A stretch of DNA of 64,000 nt from Antedon mediterranea (lineage: Eukaryota; Animalia; Echinodermata), in assembly GCF_964355755.1 (NCBI RefSeq), contig NC_092670.1:20260795-20324794 (forward strand). Direction: 5' to 3'. This document shows positions 12,001 through 23,600 of the stretch, piece after piece. Numbering within the stretch: the stretch's first letter is position 1; each line of letters opens with the position of its first letter. The notes beneath the pieces were generated by a model that was not told the DNA's origin, searched no databases, and worked only from the letters and a program-made list of their open reading frames with translations. The position numbers and the translations under genes are program-made.

Positions 12001-15000
12001 GTACTGTACCTTGTGAGAAAGCACCTTTTGGTACTGTACCTTGTGAGACTACACTTTTAGGTACTGTACCTTGTGAGACCACACTTTTAGGTACTGTACC
12101 TTGTGAGACCACACTTTTAGGTACGGTACCTTGTGAGACCACACTTTTAGGTACTGTACCTTGTGAGACTACACTTTTAGGTACTATACCTTGTGAGACC
12201 ACACCTTTAGGTACTGTACCTTGTGAGACTACACCTTTAGGTACTGCACCTTGTGAGACCACACCTTTAGGTACTGTACCTTGTGAGACTACACTTTTAG
12301 GTACTGTACCTTGTGAGATTGCACCTTTAGGTACTGTACTGTGTGAGACTGCACCTTTAGGTACTGTACTTTGTGAGACCGCACCTTTAGGTGCTGTACC
12401 TTGTGAGACTGCACCTTTAGGTGCTGTACCTTGTGAGACTGCACCTTTAGGTGCTGTACCTTGTGAGACTGCACCTTTAGGTGCTGTACCTTGTGAGACT
12501 ACACCTTTAGGTACTGTACCTTGTGAGACCACACTTTTAGGTACTGTACCTTGTGAGACTACACTTTTAGGTACTGTACCTTGTGAGACCACAGTTTTAG
12601 GTACTGTACCTTGTGAGACTACACTTTTAGGTACTGTACCTTGTGAGACCACACCTTTAGGTACTGTACCTTGTGAGACTACACTTTTAGGTACTGTACC
12701 TTGTGAGACCACACTTTTAGGTACTATACCTTGTGAGACTACACCTTTAGGTACTGTACCTTGTGAGACCACACTTTTAGGTACTGTACCTTGTGAGACT
12801 ACACTTTTAGGTACTGTACCTTGTGAGACCACACCTTTAGGTACTGTACCTTGTGAGAAAGCACCTTTTGGTACTGTACCTTGTGAGACTACACTTTTAG
12901 GTACTGTACCTTGTGAGACCACACTTTTAGGTACTGTACCTTGTGAGACCACACTTTTAGGTACTGTACCTTGTGAGACCACACTTTTAGGTACTGTACC
13001 TTGTGAGACCACACTTTTAGGTACTATACCTTGTGAGACCACACCTTTAGGTACTGTACCTTGTGAGACTACACCTTTAGGTACTGTACCTTGTGAGACC
13101 ACACCTTTAGGTACTGTACCTTGTGAGACTACACTTTTAGGTACTGTACCTTGTGAGATTGCACCTTTAGGTACTGTACTGTGTGAGACTGCACCTTTAG
13201 GTACTGTACTTTGTGAGAACGCACCTTTAGGTACTTTACTTCGTGAGACCGCACCTTTAGGTGCTGTACCTTGTAAGAAAGCACCTTTAGGTACTGTACC
13301 TTGTGAGAAAGCACCTTTAGGTACTGCACCTTGTTGCACAACACCTTGTCTGCACAGCTTAGAGTAGTAGTTGCCAGTTTTCTAATTCCACAATTTTGTG
13401 TCTTGTAGAAAAAAACTAAATCAAGTAATGAGCAATTGGTAGATGTGCTTGAACTGATAGCACCTGATCAACCTGCTTTGATCAATGTTGTTAAACATGC
13501 CAAGAAAACCATAACAAAATCAGTCTTAAATGGTAAGCAACTTATGAATTATTATGTCTGTTTAGATCAATGAATCACATGGTCTTGAACCTACTTTTTT
13601 AGTAAATATAGGACGATAGGATGTTAAGTTTCATCATATTTTAAAACATTCATTTTTAGGAAGCCCCTAAATTCCCACCTACTCTTCCCATTTCCAGTTT
13701 ATATTATTCCCGATGGATTGCATTTGAATTTATGATTCATCAATCCCTAATGCAGTACCCATTGTTTTTCCCCAGAAACTGAGAATGTAGGCTTTGACAA
13801 GGTTCAGTTGGACAAACTTCTAGAGCAGTACTTTGGTCGTGAGCCAGAGCGATTCCAGCAACAGAACGTCAGATCAAAACAAATTGTTGATATACTCTTG
13901 GAGGACACAAAATTGAAAGCATCCACTCAAGCATCTTCTAGGTATAAAGCTCTGTCTATACTATCAAACTTCATTTGACAAAAAAATGTGATGTTTTCTT
14001 GATGGACTTGATGTCACTACCATATCTGGGCATATCAATCACATTTTTTGTTTGATAGTGTAGACAGAGCTTAACTGTGTAGATTGTAGTCTGCTCACTT
14101 TTCCAAATTAAAATTATTTCACTCTACTGCAACTTTGGCCAGCACAACATTGCAGAATGAATTTTATTCTACTTTCGAGGGAGCTTACTATATTTGTTTA
14201 TTTTCTTAGTGTGCTGCTAGAATCAACTGCAGGGCTTTTGGTAGACTGGTTTGAACTCTTAAAACCTGAGATTGTTGATGCTGCCCCAGAATTTCAGAAA
14301 CTCCTGCTATTCTCCAAGAAGTTAGTTGATGGAACTGGTGAGCAGAAGCAACACCCTGGCAGTCCTTACCTCCTAGCTGTACTCACTCACCAAGCTAGCT
14401 GGGAAAATTTAAATCATTGTATTTCGTGGCTTCTAACATTGGAAGATGACAAATTAAAAACGTACGTATTTTAGATGGCAAGAGTTGAAACTTTTATAGT
14501 GTTTAAATGAAGTATAAAAATGAAAAAAAGAGAGAGGTTTCTGGGCATCTTTGGTAAAGCTTTTAAGCTCTGTCTACACTATCAAACTGATTCGACAAAA
14601 AAAGTGTGATGAGCCCAAATATGGTAGTGATATGGGAATATCACATTTTTTGTCAAACTAGTTTGATAGTCTAGATGGGCTTAATATGTGCTGTCTTGGT
14701 TTGATGTCAAAGTGTGTACCTTGTGCCTTTGATTAAACTTAAATACTTTTTTTTATTTATGTCAATAGAATACATGCTTCTGCTGCCCTTGATTTTATCT
14801 GGGCCTGTCTTCATATTCCTAAGCTCTGGCAGGGAAGAACATTAACAGCACAAAAGGTAAGTTGTGGTCCAGAAGAGTTTGGTTTGTTTAATAACTTTAG
14901 GAAAAATGAAAAAATGTATTAATGTATTAATTATTAGCATGTGGTGTTTAATGACAAATACATTTTGAAAATGGGGACAATACATTACTATTTTAAATTA

Positions 15001-18000
15001 TAGAGCCTCTCAGAGGAAAGTGCGTTGTGCCTAAAACCAAAGGAGGTTTGTTTAATTGCTCGTTACATAATCACTGAAGCTGAGGGGCTTTTAACTGCTG
15101 TGAAGCCTGACTATAAACAACATTCCAATAACGAGCAATCAGAGATAATACAAGCTAGGTTACCTTTGCTGTTAAATTGCTGTTATGATAACAAAACAGC
15201 CATGGACGAAGTAGTGGCTTATTTGATAAGCAAGGTCCAGCTTAACAAGTGAGTTTGTTTTTTTTTTAGTTTTTTATTCGTTAAAAAGCATTTATATGAC
15301 AACTGCACTTTAGAAGTATACTGTCTAGAATTGGATTCACACCAGATTGAACCAGATTTTGAAAAGTATTTATTCATTTCCTTTATTTTGGACAGTACAT
15401 CCATATACAAATCATAAAAAACAAGAACAAAATGAGAAAACAAAATTTTACCAGGAAATTAACAATAACAATTTTCACAAAACCAACCTAAAATCCTAAA
15501 ATATGAATTTGCACCAATACTGATGTAGGTTAGATTGTGGAAGTACATTAACTTTAGTTTTAATCAAACAATTACAGCTGTCATGAATTCTGTTCTTAAA
15601 ACTATGTATGAGTTCCTCCTCCAATATTCATAGAAAGAGGGAACGTTATTCGTTATTATAACTAGGTATTGTTTTGTTGATTTCCTAATAGTAACCAATG
15701 CAGACTATACCAGACACTGCTCTTGGAGCTGTACATCCAAGCACCAGCAGACTGCGATGTAATCTCCATGACTTCTCTGGGTGATGTTCTCACCAGTAAG
15801 AACCACTCTAAGGTGGATGCAGTGACACATAGGTTGCTGCTGTCATTGGTTGATATCAATCATCAGGAGAAATGGAAGGCGAAGGTGTCAAAAGCTAACT
15901 CAGCTTGTAGAAAATTGGCTGCTGTTCATCCAATACTCATGCTAAGGTAACTATAATGTGCATTTTTAGGATTTTTTATTTGTTCCGTTTTATTTGCCTG
16001 TCCTTGGTGAACATTGTCTTTATCCCTTCGATAGAGCATTAAACAGGTCCTGTGTAAATTTATGTGAATGTCTACATTAAAACGAGTATTGGTCATCTAT
16101 GCAGACTGCGGTGAGCCTAAATAATCAGTTTTCGATGCATTTAACTATACCTTTACATTGTGCTTTCCTTCTCAACATTATGCTTTAAACCATGAAACTG
16201 GAAATACAGTAGAATCCTACTAAGGGAACATCTTTGAGGCCCATCAAAGTGTTCCCATAATATAGGTGTTCCCTTTAGGGGTGTCCTAAAGAAGGCATTT
16301 TACTGTGTACATATTTATGTATGAAAAACAATTGGAACTCCATTGATGATGCAAATAAACATACACTTTTTGCTTGTTTTACAGACAACTCGGAATGATG
16401 TCTGTTTTGTGTCAAGGTCGTATAAACGTGAGCTATCATGAGTTTAGAAATCGCGGACTAACAACTTTCTTCATGAACATCTTAGGCCTGATGGAGTTAC
16501 TGCAACCCCAGCTCTTCAAACAAGATAGGAAAGCCTTTCATTCAATTATTGATGCCTATTTTGGAGTAATTAAAGTAAGGGAATTAACTCTATTGTCAGA
16601 TTCAATACTGGCCTAGTACTTCAATACTATTCCCTATTGTATGTTAGTTTATAAGCATGTTTTAGTTTATCCATGCTGTAAAGCTCTGTCTACACTATCA
16701 AAAAAAAAGTCCAATTATGGTAGTGGTATGCCCAAATATGGTAATGATATGACATCATCATGTCCATATATGGGCACATCACATTTTTTTATCACATAAA
16801 GTTTGATAGTGTTGATAGAGCTTAATTGTAAAATTACGGAAAGATAAAATTGTATGTCGTTTAACCAGGTAAAATACTTTCATATGTATGTATATTTATT
16901 CATAGCGTTATGGAGTTCACAAGAAGCCGTTTGAAAACATGTACAGTCGTTTGGTAGTGTTGTTGTACGAGTACAATGCTCACTTTCCGACAGCTGCTCA
17001 AACTATCCTGGAGAAGTATTCCAATATCCTAAAGTAAGTTGCACAAATCCAACATTTTCGCAGAGAAAAAGTTGTGCTACCATTTCCACTACAAGAGGAT
17101 ATTTACATTTCCATTGCATGTCTGCTGAGGTTTTTCGAGTTGCATGAGTGCATGAACTCATTTCCTGAGCTCTGATTGATTGCAAATTTAGAAACTGTTG
17201 AACTACTAATTTTGCTGAAGCGGAAAACTCAATAAATTAATTATCTTATAAATGAATTTATTGGAACATTGGAAACATTAGATATTTATAGTCTTTGGAA
17301 ATGTGCCTAAATAAAGTAATATCAATATATCTATCTATTAATTTTACTATTTTTTCTCATTAATTTGAATAGTGAATTATCATTTGTGCTTCCTGACCTC
17401 CATCAATTAAAGTGCATCTTAGCCGGTATAACGCTGACGCATACCTCCAAGGATCACGCTGAAAATAATGAGAATAGCTTTAGAGCTGAGACAGCTGAGG
17501 AGGTGTTTGGTTTAGCGAGCAGAGAGAGCACTGCTTCTCCTACACTGCTCGTCTCTAAAGATCAAATCTGGGGGCCATCTTTGATAGCCATGTTTACAGA
17601 TAGGTTAGGCAAGCATCAAGATTCTGAAGGTAACTCATTATACTATAATGTTTTTAACAGCTTTCTGCTATAAAGGGTTTTAAACCAGACAGTAAACAGT
17701 TAGTTTGGCACAGCTGCTCCAACAGCCTTAGCCATCTGTATCAAGAAGAAGAGAAACCCAACAATAAAATGAATTTCCTGATGGATTGAACAGTAAGAAA
17801 TTGCTACTTCATCCTTCCATGCGTATCAACATGGAGACATACATGATATAATCTGTCTCTTCATCTTTTTTGTTGTTGTGTTTCTACGGTTATGCAACCG
17901 AGGATGGATAACTACAGCACCAAAAAAACAAACCCTAATGGAATATATATATATATAGGCTGAAGTATTTAAAAAGGCATTCATTCATTTTTTAGATGTA

Positions 18001-19253
18001 ACAGACACTTTGCATGATCTTGATGAACAGTGTAGCAAAACACCGCAAGTTTTGGACAACTTTTCTGTAAGTATTTTTAATTTAACAATACTTATTGAAT
18101 GTGTGTTTTTGTATTCTTATGTTGTTTGGACTTTGTTTTCAAAGTAAAAAGCAATTAATTATACACAACTTCTGACCCTTGTAAGAATAAATCACAGGTC
18201 ATACAGCTTTGGCCAACCAGTGGATGATTGTGTATTGATGCAGAATTTGATGCAATAGTTATCGTCCAAACATAGATTGCCAGTAGCATAGTATATTTGA
18301 ATATTTTTTAATGCCTTTTCTTTTATTACAGCCTGATTTGATGAGGCTAATGTCTGCTTCTTCTGTAGAATGTCGGATTATGGCATTCTCTCTTATCATT
18401 AAACTTCTTCGACAAAATCCAAGGTGAGTGGTTTATGTTCTATATATAAATTTACGTAAGGGCATCTCTATAATTGTCTTAAATTTGTTAAAATTAATTA
18501 TCTTTTTAGCACATCAATCAAGTTTTTGCCAGCTTTCTTACAGTGTTTAGACAGTTCAGATACTGAGGTTATTGAGACAGCAATTAAGCATTTACCAGAG
18601 TTTTGTCTTCTCTGTCAAGGTCAGATATTGGATTTTTATTAAAGGGTTTTGCTTTGTTTCAAACACCCATACTACATTACACATGTACTGCGCCTATGAG
18701 CAATCATTGTATATATGGCGCATTATAAATGCTTTTATTACTATTATGTATTCAAAAAGTCTTAAAACAATATCAATTTTATGAATTTAATCCAATTAAA
18801 TCGCTATAATGTAATGTTCGATTTATAAAGCGCTTTTACAATCAAAATATTCTCCCAAAGCGCCGTGAGAAACAACAGAAAGAAATTAAAAAGAAAAATG
18901 ATGAGTTTTTAAGAGTGTTCTCAGGTCTTGTGCTTGGCACTCTATTGTGGAATAGACTGTCACCAACCTATTGTTGTGACCTCTCTATCATTCCAAATAC
19001 ATTTTCAGTTGGAATATACAGTTAACTCTCCCAATACCAGACAGCTGTGGGCTTGTGGATTTTCTGGAAGTCTGGTATTTGGAATGTGCCAAAGTCATAT
19101 GTATATTATTATTTCTTCTTTGTCAAAACAGAATCTGCTTGTATACTTCTTGAGAAAGCTTTTCGAGTTGGAATTGACAAGAAGCTAGATGCTACGACCA
19201 TTATTAGTGACACCATGCAACTGCTCAACATGGATATGTTGACGCCATCTTGA
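71..19253 (+). CDS. INTS1: Integrator complex subunit 1, 3' portion (5' exons lie left of the window), 35 coding exons
   Basis: Phase-consistent GT-AG exons: 71-176, 485-602, 1064-1141, 1616(or 1625)-1788, 2087-2183, 3011-3102, 3814-3874, 4048-4123, 4582-4706, 4925-5054, 5729-5893, 6670-6819, 7212-7376, 7750-7854, 8078-8245, 8573-8684, 9167-9331, 9623-9695, 10086-10264, 10811-10914, 11164-11220, 11404-11568, 13409-13532, 13776-13941, 14210-14461, 14769-14856, 15004-15248, 15692-15946, 16385-16574, 16906-17033, 17373-17629, 17996-18066, 18332-18423, 18510-18619, 19132-19253 (TGA). The translation contains recognisable INTS1 segments: IQRDAVWWLHTVVP, HHPENIALPQGYQPPSLAISKLYWK, LCRSRNPDFLL, AFLVDTSEEALLLPDWLKLRMIRS, DKSYMAQLVEVQHMRGASGG, ALDFIWACLHIPKLWQGR, and C-terminal LLEKAFRVG...ISDTMQLLNMD. 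Confidence 0.95.
675..1002 (-). mobile_element. tRNA-derived SINE with Deu/Nin central domain, in INTS1 intron
   Basis: The minus strand reads an A-box-like TGGACGAGCGGTTAAGG and a B-box-like GGGTTCGAGGCC. It continues GTCTTCACGAATAAGGACTATAAACCGTAGGTCC...TTTAAAGAACCCAGTTCATTATTCGAGAAGAGTAAGG, resembling the DeuSINE/AmnSINE core, and ends in an A-rich tail. Confidence 0.7.
1379..1537. mobile_element. hAT-type MITE (CAGTGGCGTAAC TIR family)
   Basis: TIRs CAGTGGCGTAAC / GTTACACCACTG with a perfect 8-bp TSD TACTCACT (1371-1378 and 1538-1545). Related copies at 5369-5525, 20836-21010, 21545-21743 and a fragment near 4480-4520. Confidence 0.85.
2379..2680. mobile_element. MITE with about 75-bp imperfect TIRs
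   Basis: Left GAGTTCTGTGGTGCTGATGTCACTACGGTAGGTGGTGCTG..GGTTGCTAGCCAACCAAA..ATGCGTTCAATGC is the reverse complement of right GCATTGAACGCAT..TTTGGTTGGCTAGCAACC..CAGCGCCATCTATCG..GATGTCACACCGCCGAACTC. Confidence 0.75.
3103..3290 (+). repeat. 91-bp tandem duplication starting at an INTS1 5' splice site
   Basis: TGGTACCACAATCTGT..GGTATCTATTGTACACCTGC..CCACAAAAG occurs at 3127 and again at 3218. Confidence 0.8.
4311..4383 (-). mobile_element. Degenerate tRNA-like SINE head
   Basis: The minus strand reads AGCTCAGTGGTCTAGAG (A box) ... GGCTTGAGTCC (degenerate B box). No convincing cloverleaf could be built. Confidence 0.45.
5160..5612 (-). mobile_element. Degenerate SINE interrupted by a hAT MITE (5369-5525, TSD TGCTTAAG)
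   Basis: On the minus strand: a tRNA-like head, a core TGTATCCTTAAGCAAAATACTT..CCACCCAACCAGGTGTACAAATGAGTACC, and a tail AAGCGCTATATAAG. Removing the MITE and one TGCTTAAG restores the core. The same tail family occurs at about 62300-62405. Confidence 0.6.
6394..6519. mobile_element. Small Harbinger/Tourist-like MITE
   Basis: TIRs GGCTTGGTTCCCACTAG / CTAGTGGAATCCAAGC, flanked by TTA on both sides. Confidence 0.6.
8869..9120. mobile_element. TTAA-flanked non-autonomous element (Kolobok-like, superfamily uncertain)
   Basis: TTAA|AGATGCATTGCCCT ... GGGGGCATTCT|TTAA. The internal sequence AACCCATTG.CTGGCAG.CAATTTGACTATTTTTGCTTT recurs at about 55870-55990. Confidence 0.5.
10317..10557. mobile_element. 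MITE with about 40-bp TIRs
   Basis: TACCCTTTTCACATCTGCAAAATAT..ACAACTT is inverted to AAGTTGT..ATTTATGCAAATGTGAAAAGAGTA, with TAA/TTA flanks. Confidence 0.65.
11631..13336 (+). repeat. 30-bp minisatellite (about 57 units) with an 840-bp higher-order duplication, in INTS1 intron 11569-13408
   Basis: Unit GTACTGTACCTTGTGAGAC(T/C)ACAC(T/C)TTTAG runs in register from 11641 to 13320 (56 full units plus partials). Diagnostic variants recur 840 bp apart (11881/12721, 12001/12841, 12301/13141). Confidence 0.97.
13948..14071. mobile_element. Tourist/Harbinger-like MITE, AGCTCTGTCTACACTATCAAAC family (about 17 copies in the window)
   Basis: TIRs AGCTCTGTCTA.ACTATCAAAC / GTTTGATAGTGTAGACAGAGCT with TSD TAA (13945-47 and 14072-74). 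Other copies (approximate): 2821-2966, 5916-6045, 8290-8431, 14567-14682, 16682-16822, 25480-25615, 26217-26358, 27093-27220, 28380-28442, 30635-30780, 40598-40714, 50057-50222, 53767-53921, 54344-54530, 57970-58117, 61676-61834. Confidence 0.9.
16682..16822. mobile_element. AGCTCTGTCTACAC-family MITE copy
   Basis: Both TIRs present, TAA TSD (16679-81 and 16823-25), three CC(A/T)6GG boxes inside. Confidence 0.88.
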
Positions 19254-19808
19254 AGGATGTCACAGCTGTGTGTAATGTAATATTTTAGGAGCGTTGGGGT
19301 ATAAATTGTAAAGCAACCACACCGAATACATAAGTGGTATGGTGAGAGATCAACCACACCATATATATGTAGGTGGTATAAAGTGTTGTGAAGGAATGTG
19401 GTTTTGCAGCAAATACAAACTGGAAAGGCTGTGCTCAGTATCTAAGCTGAGTAAATATAACCGTCCATATCAATGTTTTAGCATCAAGTTTCTTCAAGAT
19501 ACAGTCACAATTGATGCATTCTATTAGAATATAAGACTTGCAAACAGGATCAACAAATGCAAAACATGGATCCAATCTTTGTATAAAGGATCCTGTAAAA
19601 TATGTATGTATGTACAGTATGTTAACTCTTAAATAATGATGGCAGCGAATGAAACTACTGTAGTCCGTGCTGGATGTTGCAGGCCCACTGTATATTGCCC
19701 ACTGTATATTGCCCTCTTCTTGGGCCCAGCTTTGAATGCAAGATGTCCATTGCATTCATAGCTAGTCTTTTTTGTATAAGACTTTAATCCCTTTTGAAGG
19801 GCATTGTC

Positions 19809-19823
19809 AATAAAAACAATAAA
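19809..19823 (+). terminator. Candidate INTS1 polyadenylation signals (two AATAAA)
   Basis: AATAAA at 19809-19814 and 19818-19823, about 560 nt after the stop codon, followed by T-rich sequence. Another AATAAA lies at 19991. Confidence 0.4.
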
Positions 19824-20682
19824 ACAAATACTTTTTTGAACAGATTTTTTTTTCATTTGTAAAAGTTAAAACTTGTCAAAAAAAAAGATGTTTTTGTAGA
19901 ATCCTACCATACTTTTGAAATTCATGTGCAAAAAAGTCAAATCAAAAGTCAAATTTTCCATTTTCATTTTGTTTACTCTACTATTTCTCTAATAAAAATT
20001 TATACAATATTTTTACATAATTGAACTAGATAATCAAGGTTTTTCAACCAAACAAATAACTACATAGCCATACAGTGCAAACTTCCTTAAAGTTTTTTTT
20101 TATTTATGACTACATATTTTATACCATGAAATTATGTACATACAACTAAATCTATACAAAATATTAATTTACATACCCTTTTAGTACTATTATCATCCTC
20201 ACACACCTTGAGTTAAATATTTTAATACAATAAAACTAACTTTAAGAATATTGCTTTTCAAGCTGTATTGAAAGTCTAGCCTTTCCACTCCCAGCTTGCC
20301 TTTGAAATTAGCCTACATTCTTTCTGTACATATTTATTATTTATTTACTAAAAAGAAGCAGAATGAATCTAAAACGATTGAAAAAGATTGATAGCGACAT
20401 TGTATATCAAGTTTACTTAATTCAAAAAAATGTATATTTATTCATAGCTAATTAAACAGAAGTACAAATCTTAGTTTGATTTACAATACTGTTAAAGATC
20501 TTTCTTTTCTGTTTTTGATTACACTTTATTTGACATTTGTGACACTTGTTCACATCAATGGTGTATTTTAACAAGTTCGTAGGTAAGTTTGTAGGCTAGC
20601 CCAGTCTTTAATTAAAGCTATTCAATGCTTCTAAAAAAAAACAATGGTCTATACGTATACATACACTAAACATAGTTTTCAT

Positions 20683-23600
20683 TTATCGGCCAAATTGGTA
20701 GGACCGTCTTTTAGGGGTTGCAACAACCACTTCATCACTGTCTTCATCGCTGTCGTCTAAAACGCTTTTTTTACTTGATGATGATTTGACTGCAAAGAAA
20801 AATGTTTTTCGATTTTTTTAGATATTGACTTTATTCAGTGGCATAACAGCTATGAGCGCTCACTGGCTAAACCAAGGGGCTCCTGAGCAGTGCCCAGAGG
20901 AAAAAACAGCAGCAGCATTAAGGTCGAAAAAGGCTAAATAGGCCTCCAGCGTTGGAGGGCCACTTAGGGTCCTTAAACCAGGGGCCTAAGACCTCTGTGT
21001 TACACTATTGGATATATTATTATGCATTGCCTATATATTGTAAGAGAGATTGTGTAAATTCTTACCACTTGCAGGACGAGGAGATGCATTACGACTTGTG
21101 TTGCGACTGTTGTTTCGACTCGGTTTACTGGTAACCAATGCGTCACTACTGTCATCAGAATCATCCAAATAATTACGAGCGATTTGTTTCTTAGCTTTAA
21201 AAAAAATTAAAATTAATACTGTAATACTGTACTTGGAAACACTTTTGGTTAATTTTCAAACCATTTACAAATATACTTATTTGTATTTTTTTTTTTTTTG
21301 GTTCTGATATATCACTGTCCAGCATACTTTTCTATTAAAACTCACATTTTTCCTGTTTTTTACTGGCATTGCTTTTGTTGCTTTTATTACTTCTAGCAGA
21401 TCGTTTGGATGAAACAGACTCTGCATCTGATACTTCAGAATTCCTATACAAACATAAGCTTTAGTTTTAGCACTTGTATTTGTATGAATCAGGAGTGAAA
21501 TTATTACAAGTTCACTCCTACCTGGTATCATGGATTGAATTGTGTAGTGGCGTAACAGCTATGAGCACTTAATAGCTAAACCCAGGGGCCCTGGATCTTA
21601 TGGGGGCTTGAGCAGTGTCCAGAGGAAAAAACAGGCATTAAAATATGTCGAAAAAAGGCTAAAAACACCCGAGGCCTCCAGCGTTGGAGGGTCACTTCAG
21701 GTTCCTAAGCCATGAGCCTCCAGGCCTCTGCGTTACGCCACTGATTGTATACACACATATAAGAACCTGTATCCGTCATATAATGTATTGTTTTGATGTA
21801 TTATGTTAAATTGGATGCACCACTTCTGTGTGTGCCACCGATGCAAAGGTGTCATTTCCTAATAAATAATTATTATTATTACATAAACACATCTCTTAAT
21901 AAACAAATCTGTTATTCCAGTCTATTCTATATATGGTATGCATGTTCTAAATTTAGAGAATCATGTTCATATGATGAGTATGATATACTTTTTCAATTAA
22001 TAATGATTATTTATGCATTGTGTGCTATGTAGTAAGTACATAAGACACTTATTAATTAATAGAAGTGTTTATGTTTATGATTTTTGTATGTTACCTGGAA
22101 ATTGAATAAAATAAAATAGAAGTAGTGTCATTTTTAGTTCTTTTAAAAGTAGATCGAATGACACAATATAAGTTATATGATGTCACACCTTGCACTGTAA
22201 CTATTCATTTGTTTCTTTCTGCCCCAGTGTCCCCTTGCAGCTGACTGTATTGTCATGGCAACATCTTCCATACCACTATCCTCTTCTTCCTCATCACTGT
22301 AATCTTTGTCGTACTTGTTCACCGGGCTTGGTGTGTATCGATTCAACTGTTGTAGGTGTTTCTTGCGGCTTTCGTGTCCTCTATATGCCGACTGAATTGC
22401 TACAGTTGCCTGTCACAAATACAAGAAATGTTTTAGTGATTTTGTATGTACTATTAATAAGTTAGTGCATTCCCTTAAATTATTTATTGTCTATATTAGA
22501 CGTAGTACAACAGGTCAAACTTTTTCTAATGTCAATTAAAAAACAGATGTAATACAACTTACAGCATTCAATTCCTCCTCTTCTTCTTTCTGTAAAAATT
22601 AACATTTAAAATATTATATTGATATTAATATCTTTATAGATTCATGCGCTAAAAAATGTAATCTATGAAAGTCTGGTGGTCCAAGATTGAATCTTGGAGC
22701 AAACTTTTTTTTAGATTTAGTTTTTCATCTCTATGAATCTCTATTTACCATATCACTGCTGGAGGATGTATAGTTTCTTCCCTTCAGATAACATTAATTA
22801 TATACTAAAAGCCATGCATACATTTTTAACAAGCAAGTTAAAAAAAAAAAAAATAAGAGCACTTAAAAAACTAGATTTAATTCGTCACTCTGACGAATTA
22901 TAGGTTATATGCATTGATTTTAATAAAGATAATTGATTTTTAAAAGATATTTTGATTCATTGATTTTCTCAGATTCTTTAATTATTTATAATATATGATA
23001 GGACCTTGCTAACGCGAATACAATAGCCGGTATCACAATCCGATCAAAGATCCCTCTGCGTATAATGTCATAAACCACATTTGCTGTTACATAATAATAA
23101 AGACATAAGTTATTTTTTATCTAGATTTCATTATAAATCATGTGTATAATATATACACTAAGAAATAAATTTGAACAAACAATACGGATAATAAAAAAAA
23201 AATCTTATTTCGTTTCCCAAGGTGAGACTCGATCTCGGTACCTTGAGTGCCATAGACACGAGCACACACCACCGAGCCATGCACAACTGTCTAAAAATTG
23301 TAGAAAAATTCCTCCGTGTATTTACTATGCAGTAACCACTTTGGTGCAGATAGATTATTACATACCGCAATGAATTATAATTTTTTACTATGATGACATC
23401 TCTAAAAATGTACAAAAATGATGCACTGTCAAACTATATACTTTTAACTTTAATATATGAACTTTTGGAGGAAGAAAGTTAATGTTAAGTTTGTTATTTT
23501 GGCCTAAGAAAATGTCATAATTTGTTTGATTGTCGAAATGAATTTTTTTTAATTTAATATGCAATTAATTATGGCTTAATCAATTTTTGTTCCCTTAGTT

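Noticed and set aside
11546-13339. 597-aa minus-strand ORF with a 10-aa repeat as a real protein gene
   Set aside because: It starts at GTG with no ATG before the repeat, has no signal peptide or non-repeat domain, and lies antisense within an INTS1 intron. A 30-bp unit without a stop in one frame yields such an ORF automatically.
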